Origin: an uncultured Chloroflexia bacterium
Lineage (GTDB): Bacteria; Chloroflexota; Anaerolineae; CG2-30-64-16
DNA length: 64,000 nt
Assembly: GCA_963774265.1 (NCBI GenBank)
Contig: CAVZDU010000007.1
Span: 352,001-416,000, forward strand
Reading direction: 5' to 3'
Shown here piece after piece: positions 1 to 10,075 of this stretch. Both the position numbers and the translations under genes were made by a program. The notes under the pieces were generated by a model, which was not told the DNA's origin, made no database searches, and saw nothing but the letters and a program-made list of their open reading frames with translations. Position 1 is the stretch's first letter; each line of letters starts with the position of its first letter.

Positions 1-851
1 GCCGCCGTCCACCGCAATCGTGCGGATGCCGACCTTGAGGCTGTATTGATCGTCGCCGTTTTCGCGATCGATCTTGACGGTCAGGTTATAGAGGTACGGG
101 TCCTTGTCCGACCACAGATGCGCGTTTGGCACGGCCAATACCGCCTCGGCCACGCCACCTACAAAAGTGAGGTCGGCCTCCATGTCGGTGACCCCGCCCT
201 TGAGCTGCACCGAGCCCTTCCCGTCCATCGTCGCATTCAGCTTAACCTTGACCTTGACCTGGGCCTCGGGTTCGATGGTAGTGACGACGGTGACATCCTC
301 GATGTAGGTCTGCGGGACGGTATACAGCACTACCGGGCGCTGCAGCCCGCAAAACGGGTAGAAGTCGAACGTGGTGCGCGGCGTGCTGGAGAGCGTGTCA
401 AACGCAGTTTTCGTCGGCATGTTGCCGGAGGGGACGCGATCGGGCTTCAGCACATTCTCGACGCTGATGGCGATGATGTTCTCTTCGCCCCACTTGATCT
501 GGTCGTTGATCTCGAACGCGAAGGGGAGATGCCCGCCTTCGTGCGAGCCGACCTTGATGCCGTTGACATAAACGGTCCCGAAGTAATTGGCCGAGCCGAC
601 GCGGAGGAACACGCGGTCGCACTTCCAGCTCTTGGGGATGTAGGTCGCCTTGACGTACCAGGCAAGGTCCAGGTAGCCGAAGAGATCTTGTACTGCTCGT
701 TCCAGCTGCCGGGAACGGCCATCGGCCGGGAGCCGATCAGCCCGTTGGCCCAACCTTCTTTCTCCCCAACCCAGTCGGGATCACACTTGAAATCCCAGAT
801 GCCGGAGATGTCGAGCTTGTTGCGGAAATTGTTCTGAATCGGATACAGCAC
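1..851 (-). CDS. GH2 beta-glucuronidase/beta-galactosidase, N-terminal part (runs off the window; frameshifted near 690)
   Basis: N-terminus LYPIQNNFRNKLDISGIWDFKCDP...MAVPGSWNEQY is typical of UidA-like GH2. Other frames give HEGGHLPFAFEI and DFFPYSALQRPVVLY. GTG at 851 follows an AGGAGG RBS. Confidence 0.85.
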
Positions 852-983
852 CGTCGCCTCCTTGAGATGTGTCATGGCCTACGCATTGCAAATCGCAGAT
901 TGAAGATTGAAGACAAGCCTGTTGTTGTCGCCCTCAATCTGCAATCTCCGCCCTGCAGGGCGTGTGGCGGATCGGGTTCTTTC

Positions 984-1017
984 CAGGTGCCCGGCACCTG
1001 CCAGGTGCCGGGCACCT
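984..1017. repeat. REP-like palindromic intergenic repeat (CAGGTGCCCGGCACC...GGTGCCGGGCACCT)
   Basis: Nested inverted repeat; a related copy lies at 62651-62686. Confidence 0.7.
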
Positions 1018-1094
1018 TCGCCTACGGGTATGGCAGGAGCGGCAGGCTCCCATGCCATCCGACGTAGCTGCCGCCCCTCATGTCGTCAGATGGT

Positions 1095-2413
1095 CTACTT
1101 CATCTGGCCGGCAGATTGAGCGGCCATCCTGGCCCTCCGCTTTTGCACGTCCTTGGGATAGGTAAAGTAGAACAGCGTCCAGAAGACGGCGTTGACCGCG
1201 TACGGCAGGCAGACCATGAAGAGAAAGACCCTGTCGAGGCTCCCCAGCGCCTTGGACAGCGGCTTGATCAACAGCAGGTAGATGGCCGTGATCGCGCCCT
1301 GAATGAAGGAGAAGAGCAGGGCGAACGTGGTGGCCGCATACTGCGGCTCAACGATCTGCCCGACCATCGGCAGCACCGCGCCCGAGAAGCCCCACGAGCC
1401 GATCAGGCCGGTCAGGAAGGCTATGATATAGACCGGAATGCCCATGCCCCAGTCGATCTGCGTGAATAGGTAGGTCATGATCGCCCAGGACACCAGGTAG
1501 AGCTGCATGAACATGACGCGGCCCTTGTCCCCGAACCTCTTCTGGAACCAGTCGCCGATGGTGCCGCCAGTAAGGCCGCCAACCGCGAAGCCGGCCATGA
1601 AGACCGTGTAGAGCACGGCCGCCGCGGGGGTCGACCACCCGCGCACCTTCACGAAGTAGGTGACCATGAACGCGAAGAACACCATCGAGGTGACGAACAG
1701 CAGCATGACCGCCATGAGCCAGAACGACGGGATCTTGGCGATCTGTTTGATGTCAGACATCTTGAACTTGCCGGCGTCCGGATCGCCAACCACGATGCGG
1801 CGGGGCGGCTCCTTGAGGAAGATCTGCAGCAGGAGGCCGCTCACGAGGCTGATGATGCCCATGCCGTACATGCCATAGCGCCAGCCGTTCTCGACGTTGG
1901 CGAGCTGACCGATGAGGGGTGTCAGGATGAGGCCGGCGCCCACGCCGATGGTGCGGAGGGTGCCGTACGCCTTGCCGCGCTCATCTTCATCGAACATGTC
2001 CACCATGAGGCCGTTCTGGATAGGTTCCGCGGCCACAGTGCCGATCGCGCCGATCGTGTACAGGATCAACAACTGGGTGAAGTTCTGCGCGAGGCCGGCC
2101 GCGATGGTCCAGAGACCCCAGACGCCGGTCATCCAGACCATGACCTTCTTGCGGCCGAACTTGTCGCCCGACGATGGCCCACAAGGTGCCGAAGAGCATG
2201 CGGGCCCACTTGCTCATGCTGGACAGGGTGCCCAGCGCGCCGACGTCGAGGTTCAAGGCCTTCGAGATCACCGGGAACAGGGTGTTGATGAGGCCGCCCT
2301 CCATGCTGTCGCTCATCGTTGCCGACCGCGAAGGCGAACATGGCCCCTGGACGAGTCTTCTTATACTCCGGGGTGAGAACGGAAGGTGGTGCTTTGACTT
2401 CTTCTACTGCCAT
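1095..2413 (-). CDS. MFS transporter (frameshifted near 2170 and 2320)
   Basis: Three overlapping ORFs (2129-2413, 1987-2316, 1095-2141) join into one multi-TM protein. MFS loop motifs DKFGRKKV and GDWFQKRFGDKGR are present. Confidence 0.85.
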
Positions 2414-2567
2414 GAGACACTCTCCTTGGGTAAAATATGGTGAGCGGATGACCCGCTCCCTGGGCGTGATTTAGAGCCGCTGGCAAGGCGGACGGATGTT
2501 GCCACAGTGATACTCCTTCGGGCGACGCACCTCACGAGGTGGGAGAGGGTCGCGCCTACTGCGGGTG

Positions 2568-3854
2568 TCAATCCCCAACAACCGGCGGCGTCCGCAACAA
2601 TTCATCCACCAGGAGCGCGGCTGCGCCCAATCTGCAGGCCTCTGGGCCGTGCCCCGCATGAACGATCGTCGGGGGCGCCACCCCGCGCCGCGTCAACTGC
2701 CGGCGGACAGCCGCTGGCAGGTCGAGTTCCGCGCTCAAAGCGCGCATACGCGTGTGATACTCGTCCGAGAGCGCCACACTGGCCCAGCCGATGACCACCA
2801 GCTCTGGGTCGAAGAGGCGCACAAGATTGGTGATTCCGAGTGCGTGGTTCATCTGAACCGCGCGAATGACGTCCATCGCAAGCGTGTCACCCTCCACGGC
2901 TGCCTCCTGGATGGCAGAGTGATCGAGCGCCGCGCCACCCGGGTGGCGGCCGTTGGTGCGGCCCCGCAGAACGCTGGCCTCGCCAGCAGCGAGTCTTGCA
3001 GCGGCCAGCTCGACCTCGTGTTCCACGTTCACCGCGGCCTGCCAACAGCCCCGCTGGCCGCAACTGCAGAGCGGTCCGTTGGGGTCGAGGATCATATGAC
3101 CGACATCCACCGCCAGGCCCCGGGCGCCACGGTGCGGGTACCCGTCGGTGACCACGGCGGCGTCGACGCTGGCCCCTACATCCGTGCCGATGCTGACGTA
3201 GACAAAGCTGGCAACTCCCTGGGCGTTGCCGCTGAGCAGTTCGGCCATTGCCGCGGCTCGGGCCTTGTTCTCCAAGATCACCGGCAAAGCAAAGCGCTGC
3301 TCCAAGAACTGCCTGAGAGCCAGCTCCTTCCAGCCGAGGGCCGGCGCATTGACGAGGCCCTGGGGGCCCGGATCGACGATGCCAGGCACGCCTACCCCGA
3401 TGCCCAGGGGCGGAATATCGCGTTCTTGGGCCTGATCGATGGCTTCGGCGATCAATGCCTCCGTCTGGGCTAGAATCGCCTCCAGATCGCTGCCAACCGG
3501 CGTTAGCGTGGAGCGCTGCCACAACGGTTCTCCGCAGAGGTCGGTCAAGACGGCTGCTGAGTAGTTGGTGCTGATTTCTACGCCGATCGCGCAGCGTGCC
3601 AGCGGGTTGAGTTCGAGGAGCATGCCGGGTCTGCCGAGCCCCGTGCGGTCTTGGCCGGCCTCGCGGATCAGGCCCAGGGAGGCCAGGTCCGCGCAGATCG
3701 CCGACACCGTTGCTTTGGTCAGGCCGTTGCGCTGCGCCAGCATCGCCTGAGAAAGCGGCGCATGGCGCCAAAGGTCGCGCAGCAGAACTGAGGTGTTCTG
3801 CTGGCGAGCTTCTTTTTGTTGGGAGTACGGCGTCTTCGGCATGTGATAGCTCAT
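2568..3854 (-). CDS. ROK family (XylR/NagC-like) transcriptional regulator
   Basis: N-terminal HTH (LSQAMLAQRNGLTKATVS), GIGVGVPG, and the ROK Zn motif GHM...CSCGQRGCW. Confidence 0.92.
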   Translation of the reverse strand: MSYHMPKTPYSQQKEARQQNTSVLLRDLWRHAPLSQAMLAQRNGLTKATVSAICADLASLGLIREAGQDRTGLGRPGMLLELNPLARCAIGVEISTNYSAAVLTDLCGEPLWQRSTLTPVGSDLEAILAQTEALIAEAIDQAQERDIPPLGIGVGVPGIVDPGPQGLVNAPALGWKELALRQFLEQRFALPVILENKARAAAMAELLSGNAQGVASFVYVSIGTDVGASVDAAVVTDGYPHRGARGLAVDVGHMILDPNGPLCSCGQRGCWQAAVNVEHEVELAAARLAAGEASVLRGRTNGRHPGGAALDHSAIQEAAVEGDTLAMDVIRAVQMNHALGITNLVRLFDPELVVIGWASVALSDEYHTRMRALSAELDLPAAVRRQLTRRGVAPPTIVHAGHGPEACRLGAAALLVDELLRTPPVVGD

Positions 3855-3873
3855 CCTGCTATCTTAAGTTCGC

Positions 3874-5616
3874 CTACAGCTTCGCCTGCCACTTGCCGGC
3901 CCAAACGAGATCGTTCGGCTTGCCCTTGAACTCGGACTCGCCCATGATCTTATCGACGACCTGTTTGATGATCTCCGGGTTGCTGTGGTAGGCGTTGATG
4001 TAGCACTTCACCATCGTCGCATCATGCAGGTGGGTCGTGAAGTTCAGCGACACCATGACGGTCGGCACTTCCTGGACGTACCAGGGGCACTCGTTGCTCA
4101 TAGCGGTCTTCCACTGGATCCGGTAGTTGTTCTGCGCGCCGTAGCCGACGACGTCGGCAACGATGAGCGCCGCATCATAGTTCTTGCGATAGTCCAGCGT
4201 GCGGCCTTTCACGCGGGTGGTGCCATCGTTCACCGTGACTTCAAAGCCGCGCTTCTCCAGCTCGGCTACCACGGCCTCAAGGACTTTCGCCCCGGCTGCC
4301 GCGATGCCGCCGACTTCACCCTGCAGGTAGTACACGCGGATGCGCTTATGGGTCTCCGGCCGGATGGGAAGCTGGTTGAAGGTGTTTTTGACGAGCGTGA
4401 TCCCCTTATCCGCGGCATCGGCGCGCATCGCCAGGTGCTCCGCGCAGCCGACGACTTCCAGATCTTTCTCGGTTTTTAGCAGCGTGCCCGCTGCCCGTTT
4501 CTTGTGCAAGTTCAGCTTCGCCTTCAGCCCCAGGACTCTCCGAACGGCATCATTCATGCGTTCTTCCGTGATCACGCCCTTCTTGTACCCGTTCAGCATG
4601 AAGTTGAAGTCTTCTTCCATGTCATTGAAGAACAGGAACATGTCGCAGCCGGCCGCGATCGCGCCCGGCACGTAGTCTTCGCGACGCATTGCGGACGTCA
4701 TGCCCAGCATGTGGCTGGCGTCGGTGATCACCATCCCGTTGAAGCCCAGCTGCTCTTTTAACAGGCCCTGGATCAGTTCTTCCGCCAGCGTGGCCGGCAG
4801 GATATCCTTGTCTTCCAACTTGGGGTTGAGCTTCTGCTGATAGTAGGGCAGCGCGATGTGGCCAGCCATGAACATCTCTACGCCGTCCTCGATGTGGTGC
4901 TTGTAAACACGACCGAACGATGCATCCCACTCCTCGGGAGAAAGCTCGTTCACCCCCAGCACCAGGTGCTGATCGCGCTCTTCGGTGCCATCGCCGGGGA
5001 AGTGTTTGATGCAGGTGACCATATTGCAGCGGCCATCGTCGCCGGCGCCGGCGCGGTATCCTTCGATGTACGCACTGGTGTATTTGATCACATCGTCTGC
5101 ATTGGTGCCGTAGGCGCGGGTGTTGACGATTGTGTTGCGCCAGTTGATCAGGATATCCACGCAGGGGTCGAAGTTCACGTTGACGCCCAGGGCGCCAGCT
5201 TCCCGGGCGGACACATAGCCGGCGTTGTAGGCCACCTTCGGGTCGCCTGAGGCCTCACATTGGGCGCCGGAGGCGATATAAGTGCCGTCCGAGCACGCGC
5301 CGTTGCCGCCGGCATCACAGTTAGCTGCAATGAGCAAGGGGATTCTCGAGTCTGCTTGCAGGCTGTTCAACAGGTCCTGGCACATTTTTGCCTTGCCACC
5401 CTGCCACCGGGCGCCACCGATGTGATATTTCTCCAGAATCTGCGCGTTGGTCAGCTCATTGCCGCTGAAGGTGTCTTTCCCGAAAAAGAACAGGCTGGTG
5501 AAGAGCTGGCCTGCCTTTTCCTCGGCGGTCATCCGGGCCAGGGTCTCCTCCACCCATTGGATCTGTTCGGCCGACAGGTTGTAGGGTTTCGCTTTGAGGT
5601 TCACGAGTCTCGGCAT
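3874..5616 (-). CDS. GH3 glycoside hydrolase (beta-N-acetylhexosaminidase/beta-glucosidase type)
   Basis: KHFPGDG, ITDASHM nucleophile region and AGCDMFLF; AAGGAGG RBS. Confidence 0.92.
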   Translation of the reverse strand: MPRLVNLKAKPYNLSAEQIQWVEETLARMTAEEKAGQLFTSLFFFGKDTFSGNELTNAQILEKYHIGGARWQGGKAKMCQDLLNSLQADSRIPLLIAANCDAGGNGACSDGTYIASGAQCEASGDPKVAYNAGYVSAREAGALGVNVNFDPCVDILINWRNTIVNTRAYGTNADDVIKYTSAYIEGYRAGAGDDGRCNMVTCIKHFPGDGTEERDQHLVLGVNELSPEEWDASFGRVYKHHIEDGVEMFMAGHIALPYYQQKLNPKLEDKDILPATLAEELIQGLLKEQLGFNGMVITDASHMLGMTSAMRREDYVPGAIAAGCDMFLFFNDMEEDFNFMLNGYKKGVITEERMNDAVRRVLGLKAKLNLHKKRAAGTLLKTEKDLEVVGCAEHLAMRADAADKGITLVKNTFNQLPIRPETHKRIRVYYLQGEVGGIAAAGAKVLEAVVAELEKRGFEVTVNDGTTRVKGRTLDYRKNYDAALIVADVVGYGAQNNYRIQWKTAMSNECPWYVQEVPTVMVSLNFTTHLHDATMVKCYINAYHSNPEIIKQVVDKIMGESEFKGKPNDLVWAGKWQAKL

Positions 5617-5649
5617 GGGTGTTTCCTCCTTTTGGGTTTCAGGTTACAA

Positions 5650-6579
5650 CTATTCCCACTCCATTTTCCCCAGCTTCTGCCACGGGGGCGTTTCGGGCAG
5701 CAGTTTTTCGAACTCAGCGATCAGCGCGGCCTCATAGTTGCCCTCATAGGTGCCGTCAAGGAATTTGCCTAGCGCCTCATCGTAGAAGCGTTTCCACGAC
5801 CGATCCTCACCGCCCGGGTTGATGGGGTAGTAGAGCACATCGACGCCCTTGGCGGAATCACGGTCGCCCGGCGCATCGCCAATCAAGAGGATATGGTCGT
5901 CGTCGTACTTCCCCTTAGCCGCGAACTGGAGATGCTGCTTCTTCGTGCCCATCTCTTGCCCGGCTATCACGCCCATGTATTGGGCGATCCCATGCTCGCC
6001 CCACTCGCGTTCGAGCGCCTCGACCGGCGTCGCCGAGACGACCATCAGGTCGACCTTGCCTTGCATCTTCTGCAGGCTTTCGCGCACCCACGGGAACGGC
6101 GGCACGCCGTGCACCATCTCAGCGATCGCTTCGTCGACGGTGAGCGACCACTGCACCGCTTGATCGAGCTCCGGGTCCGGGTGATCGGTCGCGTACTGGA
6201 CCATGCCCTTGTGGCTCAGTGGGTAGCCTGAGTCGATGAACTCCTTGAGCTTGTCGCCCTGGGGCACTTTCGCGTTGCGTGCCTTCACCTCAGGGCGCTC
6301 CCTCAACAGGTCGAAGACCCTGGTCAGCGCGATCCAGCGGTTCAGACCGCGGGTCTTCGAATACAGGTTCACGAATTCGCACGTCTCGCGCGCGTACTTC
6401 GAGACGGCCTGCAGCCCCCAGACTTTAACGATAGTGGGGGTGAAGCACTCTTTGTGCTTGAGCTCCATCGCATCGAACGCGCAGCCGTCCGAGTCAATCC
6501 CCACAAAGAAGGCTTGCTGGGGTTTGAAGTCGATCAACACGTGGGCCGCTTCCGGGACTTTTGCCGCTACTTTAGCCAT
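5650..6579 (-). CDS. HAD family hydrolase (paralog 1)
   Basis: Motif I GIDSDGCAFD, motif II VVSAT, motif IV IGDAPGD. Confidence 0.9.
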   Translation of the reverse strand: MAKVAAKVPEAAHVLIDFKPQQAFFVGIDSDGCAFDAMELKHKECFTPTIVKVWGLQAVSKYARETCEFVNLYSKTRGLNRWIALTRVFDLLRERPEVKARNAKVPQGDKLKEFIDSGYPLSHKGMVQYATDHPDPELDQAVQWSLTVDEAIAEMVHGVPPFPWVRESLQKMQGKVDLMVVSATPVEALEREWGEHGIAQYMGVIAGQEMGTKKQHLQFAAKGKYDDDHILLIGDAPGDRDSAKGVDVLYYPINPGGEDRSWKRFYDEALGKFLDGTYEGNYEAALIAEFEKLLPETPPWQKLGKMEWE

Positions 6580-6703
6580 CGCGATCTCCTTTGAGTTGAC
6601 GGTTATTGGGAAGTAAAGTCGAAGATTGAAGGTTTTCGGGTGACAGGTTCCAGGTTTCAGGTTACAGGTTGCAGATTACATTACGGGTTACAATCTGCGA
6701 CCT

Positions 6704-6751
6704 TCAACCTCGAACCTTCAAATAGTAGGGCTTCGCTTTCAGTTCTACTAT
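6704..6751 (-). pseudogene. 5' stub of a second GH3 gene (start codon appears mutated to ATA)
   Basis: AAGGAG RBS, then ATA-VELKAKPYYLK, matching the neighbouring GH3 N-terminus VNLKAKPYNL. Confidence 0.55.
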
Positions 6752-6921
6752 GATTTCTCCTTCGAGTGAATTGAAAAACAAAGGAAACGAAATTGAACAG
6801 GAAAAGGTGGAGTGGTGAGTGTCGCCAAGTGGGGCGCAAAAACGCGCAGCAGAGGTGTTCTGCTGAGCGCGTCTTCGTGTAAGGAGTGCGGCTTCTTCGT
6901 CATGGTATATTGGCGAATTGA

Positions 6922-6970
6922 TTAGTTTGTGTAGTGGATGAACGATATAATAAATCAGGGCCGTTGTCAA
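6922..6970 (-). promoter_or_regulatory. Sigma70-type promoter with overlapping XylR-type (ROK) operator
   Basis: Minus strand TTGACA-N17-TATCGT. Plus strand TTAGTTTGT-N7-ATGAACGAT at 6922-6946 resembles the Bacillus XylR operator TTAGTTTGT-N7-ACAAACTAA. Confidence 0.65.
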
Positions 6971-7043
6971 GCAGGTAAACCTTAAAGATGTATGAATGAC
7001 GCAAATTGCTCTGCAAAACAGAAACTATGAGGGGGAGAAATGG

Positions 7044-7076
7044 ACGAGGCCCCTCAGATTATCTGAAGGACCTCGT
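7044..7076. terminator. Imperfect hairpin downstream of the 7100-7402 gene, possible terminator
   Basis: ACGAGG-CCC-CTCAGA/TCTGAA-GGA-CCTCGT inverted repeat; U-tract is weak. Confidence 0.4.
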
Positions 7077-7099
7077 AGTGCGTCAGGAGTTCAAGCCAG

Positions 7100-7402
7100 C
7101 TATTCTATGAAGTACAGCTCGGCCTGATTGCTCAGCACGATCCCGACCTGTTCGCTTCCCAGGGCCTGCCATTCGGGGTCTGCCAGCGCCTTCTCCAGGG
7201 TGGTCAGATAGGCCCCCAGGCTGCTCCAGTCACGTTCGATCACGCGCGTATTGGTATCCATTGAGCCGATGTAGGCGCGATACCGCCGCGACGGCGGGTA
7301 GCCCAACCGAGCCTCGATGACCTCGTAACGCTTCTCCATTGCGAGCTTCTTCGCCCAGCTGCTGCGATCCACCTTCTGGATCAACCGTTCCATGATTCTC
7401 AT
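7100..7402 (-). CDS. Small hypothetical protein (NIPSNAP/dimeric alpha-beta barrel-like)
   Basis: 100 aa with AGGAGG RBS; the pattern VIERDWSSLGAY...ADPEWQAL resembles NIPSNAP-like proteins. Confidence 0.6.
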   Translation of the reverse strand: MRIMERLIQKVDRSSWAKKLAMEKRYEVIEARLGYPPSRRYRAYIGSMDTNTRVIERDWSSLGAYLTTLEKALADPEWQALGSEQVGIVLSNQAELYFIE

Positions 7403-7432
7403 GAGCCATCCTCCTTCCAGAGATGTGATAGC

Positions 7433-8077
7433 CTACTTGGACTTGGCGGGCAGAAGGGCCAGCGCCTTGAGGATCAGATCGACCGCGGCCTCCGGCGTGA
7501 GCTTGGCCGTGTTGATGACCAGGTCGAAGAGCTGGGGATCGTGAGAGTCGAGGTCAAAGTAGCGCCTGATCCAGTCGACATCACTCAGATCACGCTCTTT
7601 TATCTTTTGCTGCGCCTCTTCTCGCGAACAATGTTCGCGCTCCATCAGGCGCTGGATTCGTACTTCCAGGGGCGCCATAATGCGCACGTGCAGCACGTCG
7701 GGCTTGTCCTGCAGTGCGGCCATCCCGCCGCGGCCCACGATCACCACGTTGCCTTTTTTGTAGCCGGCGTTGATGATATCCATGAGGCTCGCTATCGAGA
7801 GGTCCTGGAGGGCGTCGGCTCGAGCCGAAAAAGTCCAACTCGAAGGGTCACCGCCGGTGATCCTCTGGGTGCTGCCGAACCACTTCTCCAACACGTTCTT
7901 CGGTGGGGGTTGGTAGTCCGCAATGGCCTTGGCGACATTGGCCGCAAGACCCATCTCTTGGCCGACCTGTGCCATCATCTTCTTGTCAAAGCGCGGATAG
8001 CCCAGCTTCTCGCAAAGCAAGTTCGCCACATCGTCGCCCAGGCTTTCCAGTTGCCGAGAGATCGTGATTACAGCCAT
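7433..8077 (-). CDS. Cytidylate kinase-like family protein
   Basis: MAVITISRQLESLG, VIVGRGG, HVRIMAPLEVRI, FDLVINT. Confidence 0.88.
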   Translation of the reverse strand: MAVITISRQLESLGDDVANLLCEKLGYPRFDKKMMAQVGQEMGLAANVAKAIADYQPPPKNVLEKWFGSTQRITGGDPSSWTFSARADALQDLSIASLMDIINAGYKKGNVVIVGRGGMAALQDKPDVLHVRIMAPLEVRIQRLMEREHCSREEAQQKIKERDLSDVDWIRRYFDLDSHDPQLFDLVINTAKLTPEAAVDLILKALALLPAKSK

Positions 8078-8218
8078 GATAAGTCTCCTTTTTGAAGATG
8101 TGTTCGCTGTTGAGCCTGACTCTTCAGGTCCTGTCAGAAGTATACGGCAGGCCGCGCTTCATAGGCGCTTCAGGAAGCCTATAGGCCACACCGATAAAAC
8201 ACCTGCATAGCGTAAAGG

Positions 8219-9118
8219 CTACTTCTTCCACGGGGGCGTGTCCGACAACAACTCGTCGAACTCGGCGATCAGCGCAGCCTCGTATGCGCCGGCATACGTG
8301 CCGCTGAGGAACTTCTCAGACGCCTCCTCGTGGAAGCGCTGCCAGGACTGCTCTTCGGCGCCCGGCATGATGGGATAAAACAGTGCACCCACCGCCTTCG
8401 CCGCGTCGTGGTCGCCGGGCGCATCGCCGAGCACGATGATGCGATCGTCCGGGTATTTCCCCTTGGCCGCCCACTCGAGGTGCTGCCGCTTCGCACCCAT
8501 GTCTTGGCCGGCAATCACGGCCATGTATTGGGCGATGCCGTGCTCGTCCCACTCGCGTCGCAACGTTTCAGAGGCTGTCACCGAAACCACGATCATATCG
8601 GCCTTGCCCTGGAGCTTTTGCAGGCTCTCGCGCACCAGGGGGAAGGGCGGCACGCCGTGTACCGTCTCCGAAACTAAGGCATCGATGGCCCGCGTCCACT
8701 CCAGTGCGCGCCACAGCTCCTCCTCTCCATGCCCGGCAGCGATGTAGGACTTCAGCCCCGGTTCGCTCAGCGAAAAGCCCGAGGCAAGGAACTCCTTGAG
8801 CGCTTCGCCCTCCGACACCTTGATCCCGCGCGCCTGCACTTCAGGGCGTTCGGCGAGCAGCTCGAACACCTTCACCAGGTTGGGCCAGCGGTTCGCGCCG
8901 CGCCATTTGGAGTAGAGGTTTACCCACTCGGCCGTCTCGCGTGCATATTTGGAAATCGGCTGCAGGCCCCAGGCCCGGATCGTGACGGGGGTGAAGCACT
9001 CTTTTTGCTTCAGCTCCATCACGTCGAACGCGCAGCCGTCCGAGTCGATTCCCACGAAGAAAGATTGCCGGGGCTTGAAATCGATCAGCACTTGAGCTGC
9101 CGGCGGGATCTTAGTCAT
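8219..9118 (-). CDS. HAD family hydrolase (paralog 2)
   Basis: GIDSDGCAFD and LGDAPGD; tandem near-duplicate of 9148-10047. Confidence 0.9.
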   Translation of the reverse strand: MTKIPPAAQVLIDFKPRQSFFVGIDSDGCAFDVMELKQKECFTPVTIRAWGLQPISKYARETAEWVNLYSKWRGANRWPNLVKVFELLAERPEVQARGIKVSEGEALKEFLASGFSLSEPGLKSYIAAGHGEEELWRALEWTRAIDALVSETVHGVPPFPLVRESLQKLQGKADMIVVSVTASETLRREWDEHGIAQYMAVIAGQDMGAKRQHLEWAAKGKYPDDRIIVLGDAPGDHDAAKAVGALFYPIMPGAEEQSWQRFHEEASEKFLSGTYAGAYEAALIAEFDELLSDTPPWKK

Positions 9119-9147
9119 GTGGTGTCTCCTTTGACTTCAGACAAATG

Positions 9148-10047
9148 CTACTTCTTCCACGGGGGCGTGTCCGACAACAGCTCGTCGAACTCGGCGATCA
9201 GGGCAGCCTCGTATGCGCCGGCATACGTGCCGTTGAGGAACTTCTCAGATGCCTCATCGTGAAATCGCTGCCAGGACATCTCCTCGGCGCCCGGGTTGAT
9301 GGGGTAATACAACGCGTTCACCGCTTTTGCCGCGTCGCGGTCGCCCGGCGCGTCGCCGATCATCAAGATACGATCATCCGGGTATTTCCCCTTGGCAGCG
9401 TACTCGAGGTGCTGCCGCTTCGTGCCCATATCCTGGCCGGCCATCACGGCCATGTATTGGGCAAAACCGTGCTCGCCCCACTCGCGTTTCAGCGCATCAG
9501 AGGCTGTTGTTGAGATCACCATCAGATCGGCCTTGCCCTGCAGCTTTTGCAGGCTCTCGCGCACCAGGGGGAAGGGCGGCACCCCGCGCACCGTCGCCGC
9601 AACCAAGGCATCGATGGCCCGCGTCCACTCTAGCCCGCGCCACAATTCCTCATCCCCATGCCCGGCAGCGATGTAGGACTTCAGCCCCGCTTCGCTCGGC
9701 GAAAAGCCCGAGGCGATGAACTCCTTGAGCGCTTCGCCCTCAGGCACCTTCACCCCGCGCGCCTGCACTTCAGGGCGTTCGGCAAGCAGCTCGAACACCT
9801 TCACCAGTGCGGGCCAGCGGTTCGCGCCGCGCCATTTGGAGTAGAGGTTAACCCACTCGGCTGTCTCGCGCGCGTATTTGGAGATGGACTGTAGACCCCA
9901 GACCCTGATGGTGCTGGGAGTGAAGCACTCTTTTTGCTTCAACTCCATCGCGTCGAACGCGCAACCATCCGAGTCAATCCCCACGAAGAAGGATTGCTGT
10001 GGCTTGAAATCAATCAGCACTTGAGCCGACGGAGGAATTTTGGCCAT
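9148..10047 (-). CDS. HAD family hydrolase (paralog 3)
   Basis: GIDSDGCAFD and IGDAPGD; 299 aa, same length as paralog 2. Confidence 0.9.
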   Translation of the reverse strand: MAKIPPSAQVLIDFKPQQSFFVGIDSDGCAFDAMELKQKECFTPSTIRVWGLQSISKYARETAEWVNLYSKWRGANRWPALVKVFELLAERPEVQARGVKVPEGEALKEFIASGFSPSEAGLKSYIAAGHGDEELWRGLEWTRAIDALVAATVRGVPPFPLVRESLQKLQGKADLMVISTTASDALKREWGEHGFAQYMAVMAGQDMGTKRQHLEYAAKGKYPDDRILMIGDAPGDRDAAKAVNALYYPINPGAEEMSWQRFHDEASEKFLNGTYAGAYEAALIAEFDELLSDTPPWKK

Positions 10048-10075
10048 CTCGTGTCTCCTTCTGTAGTTACTTGAC

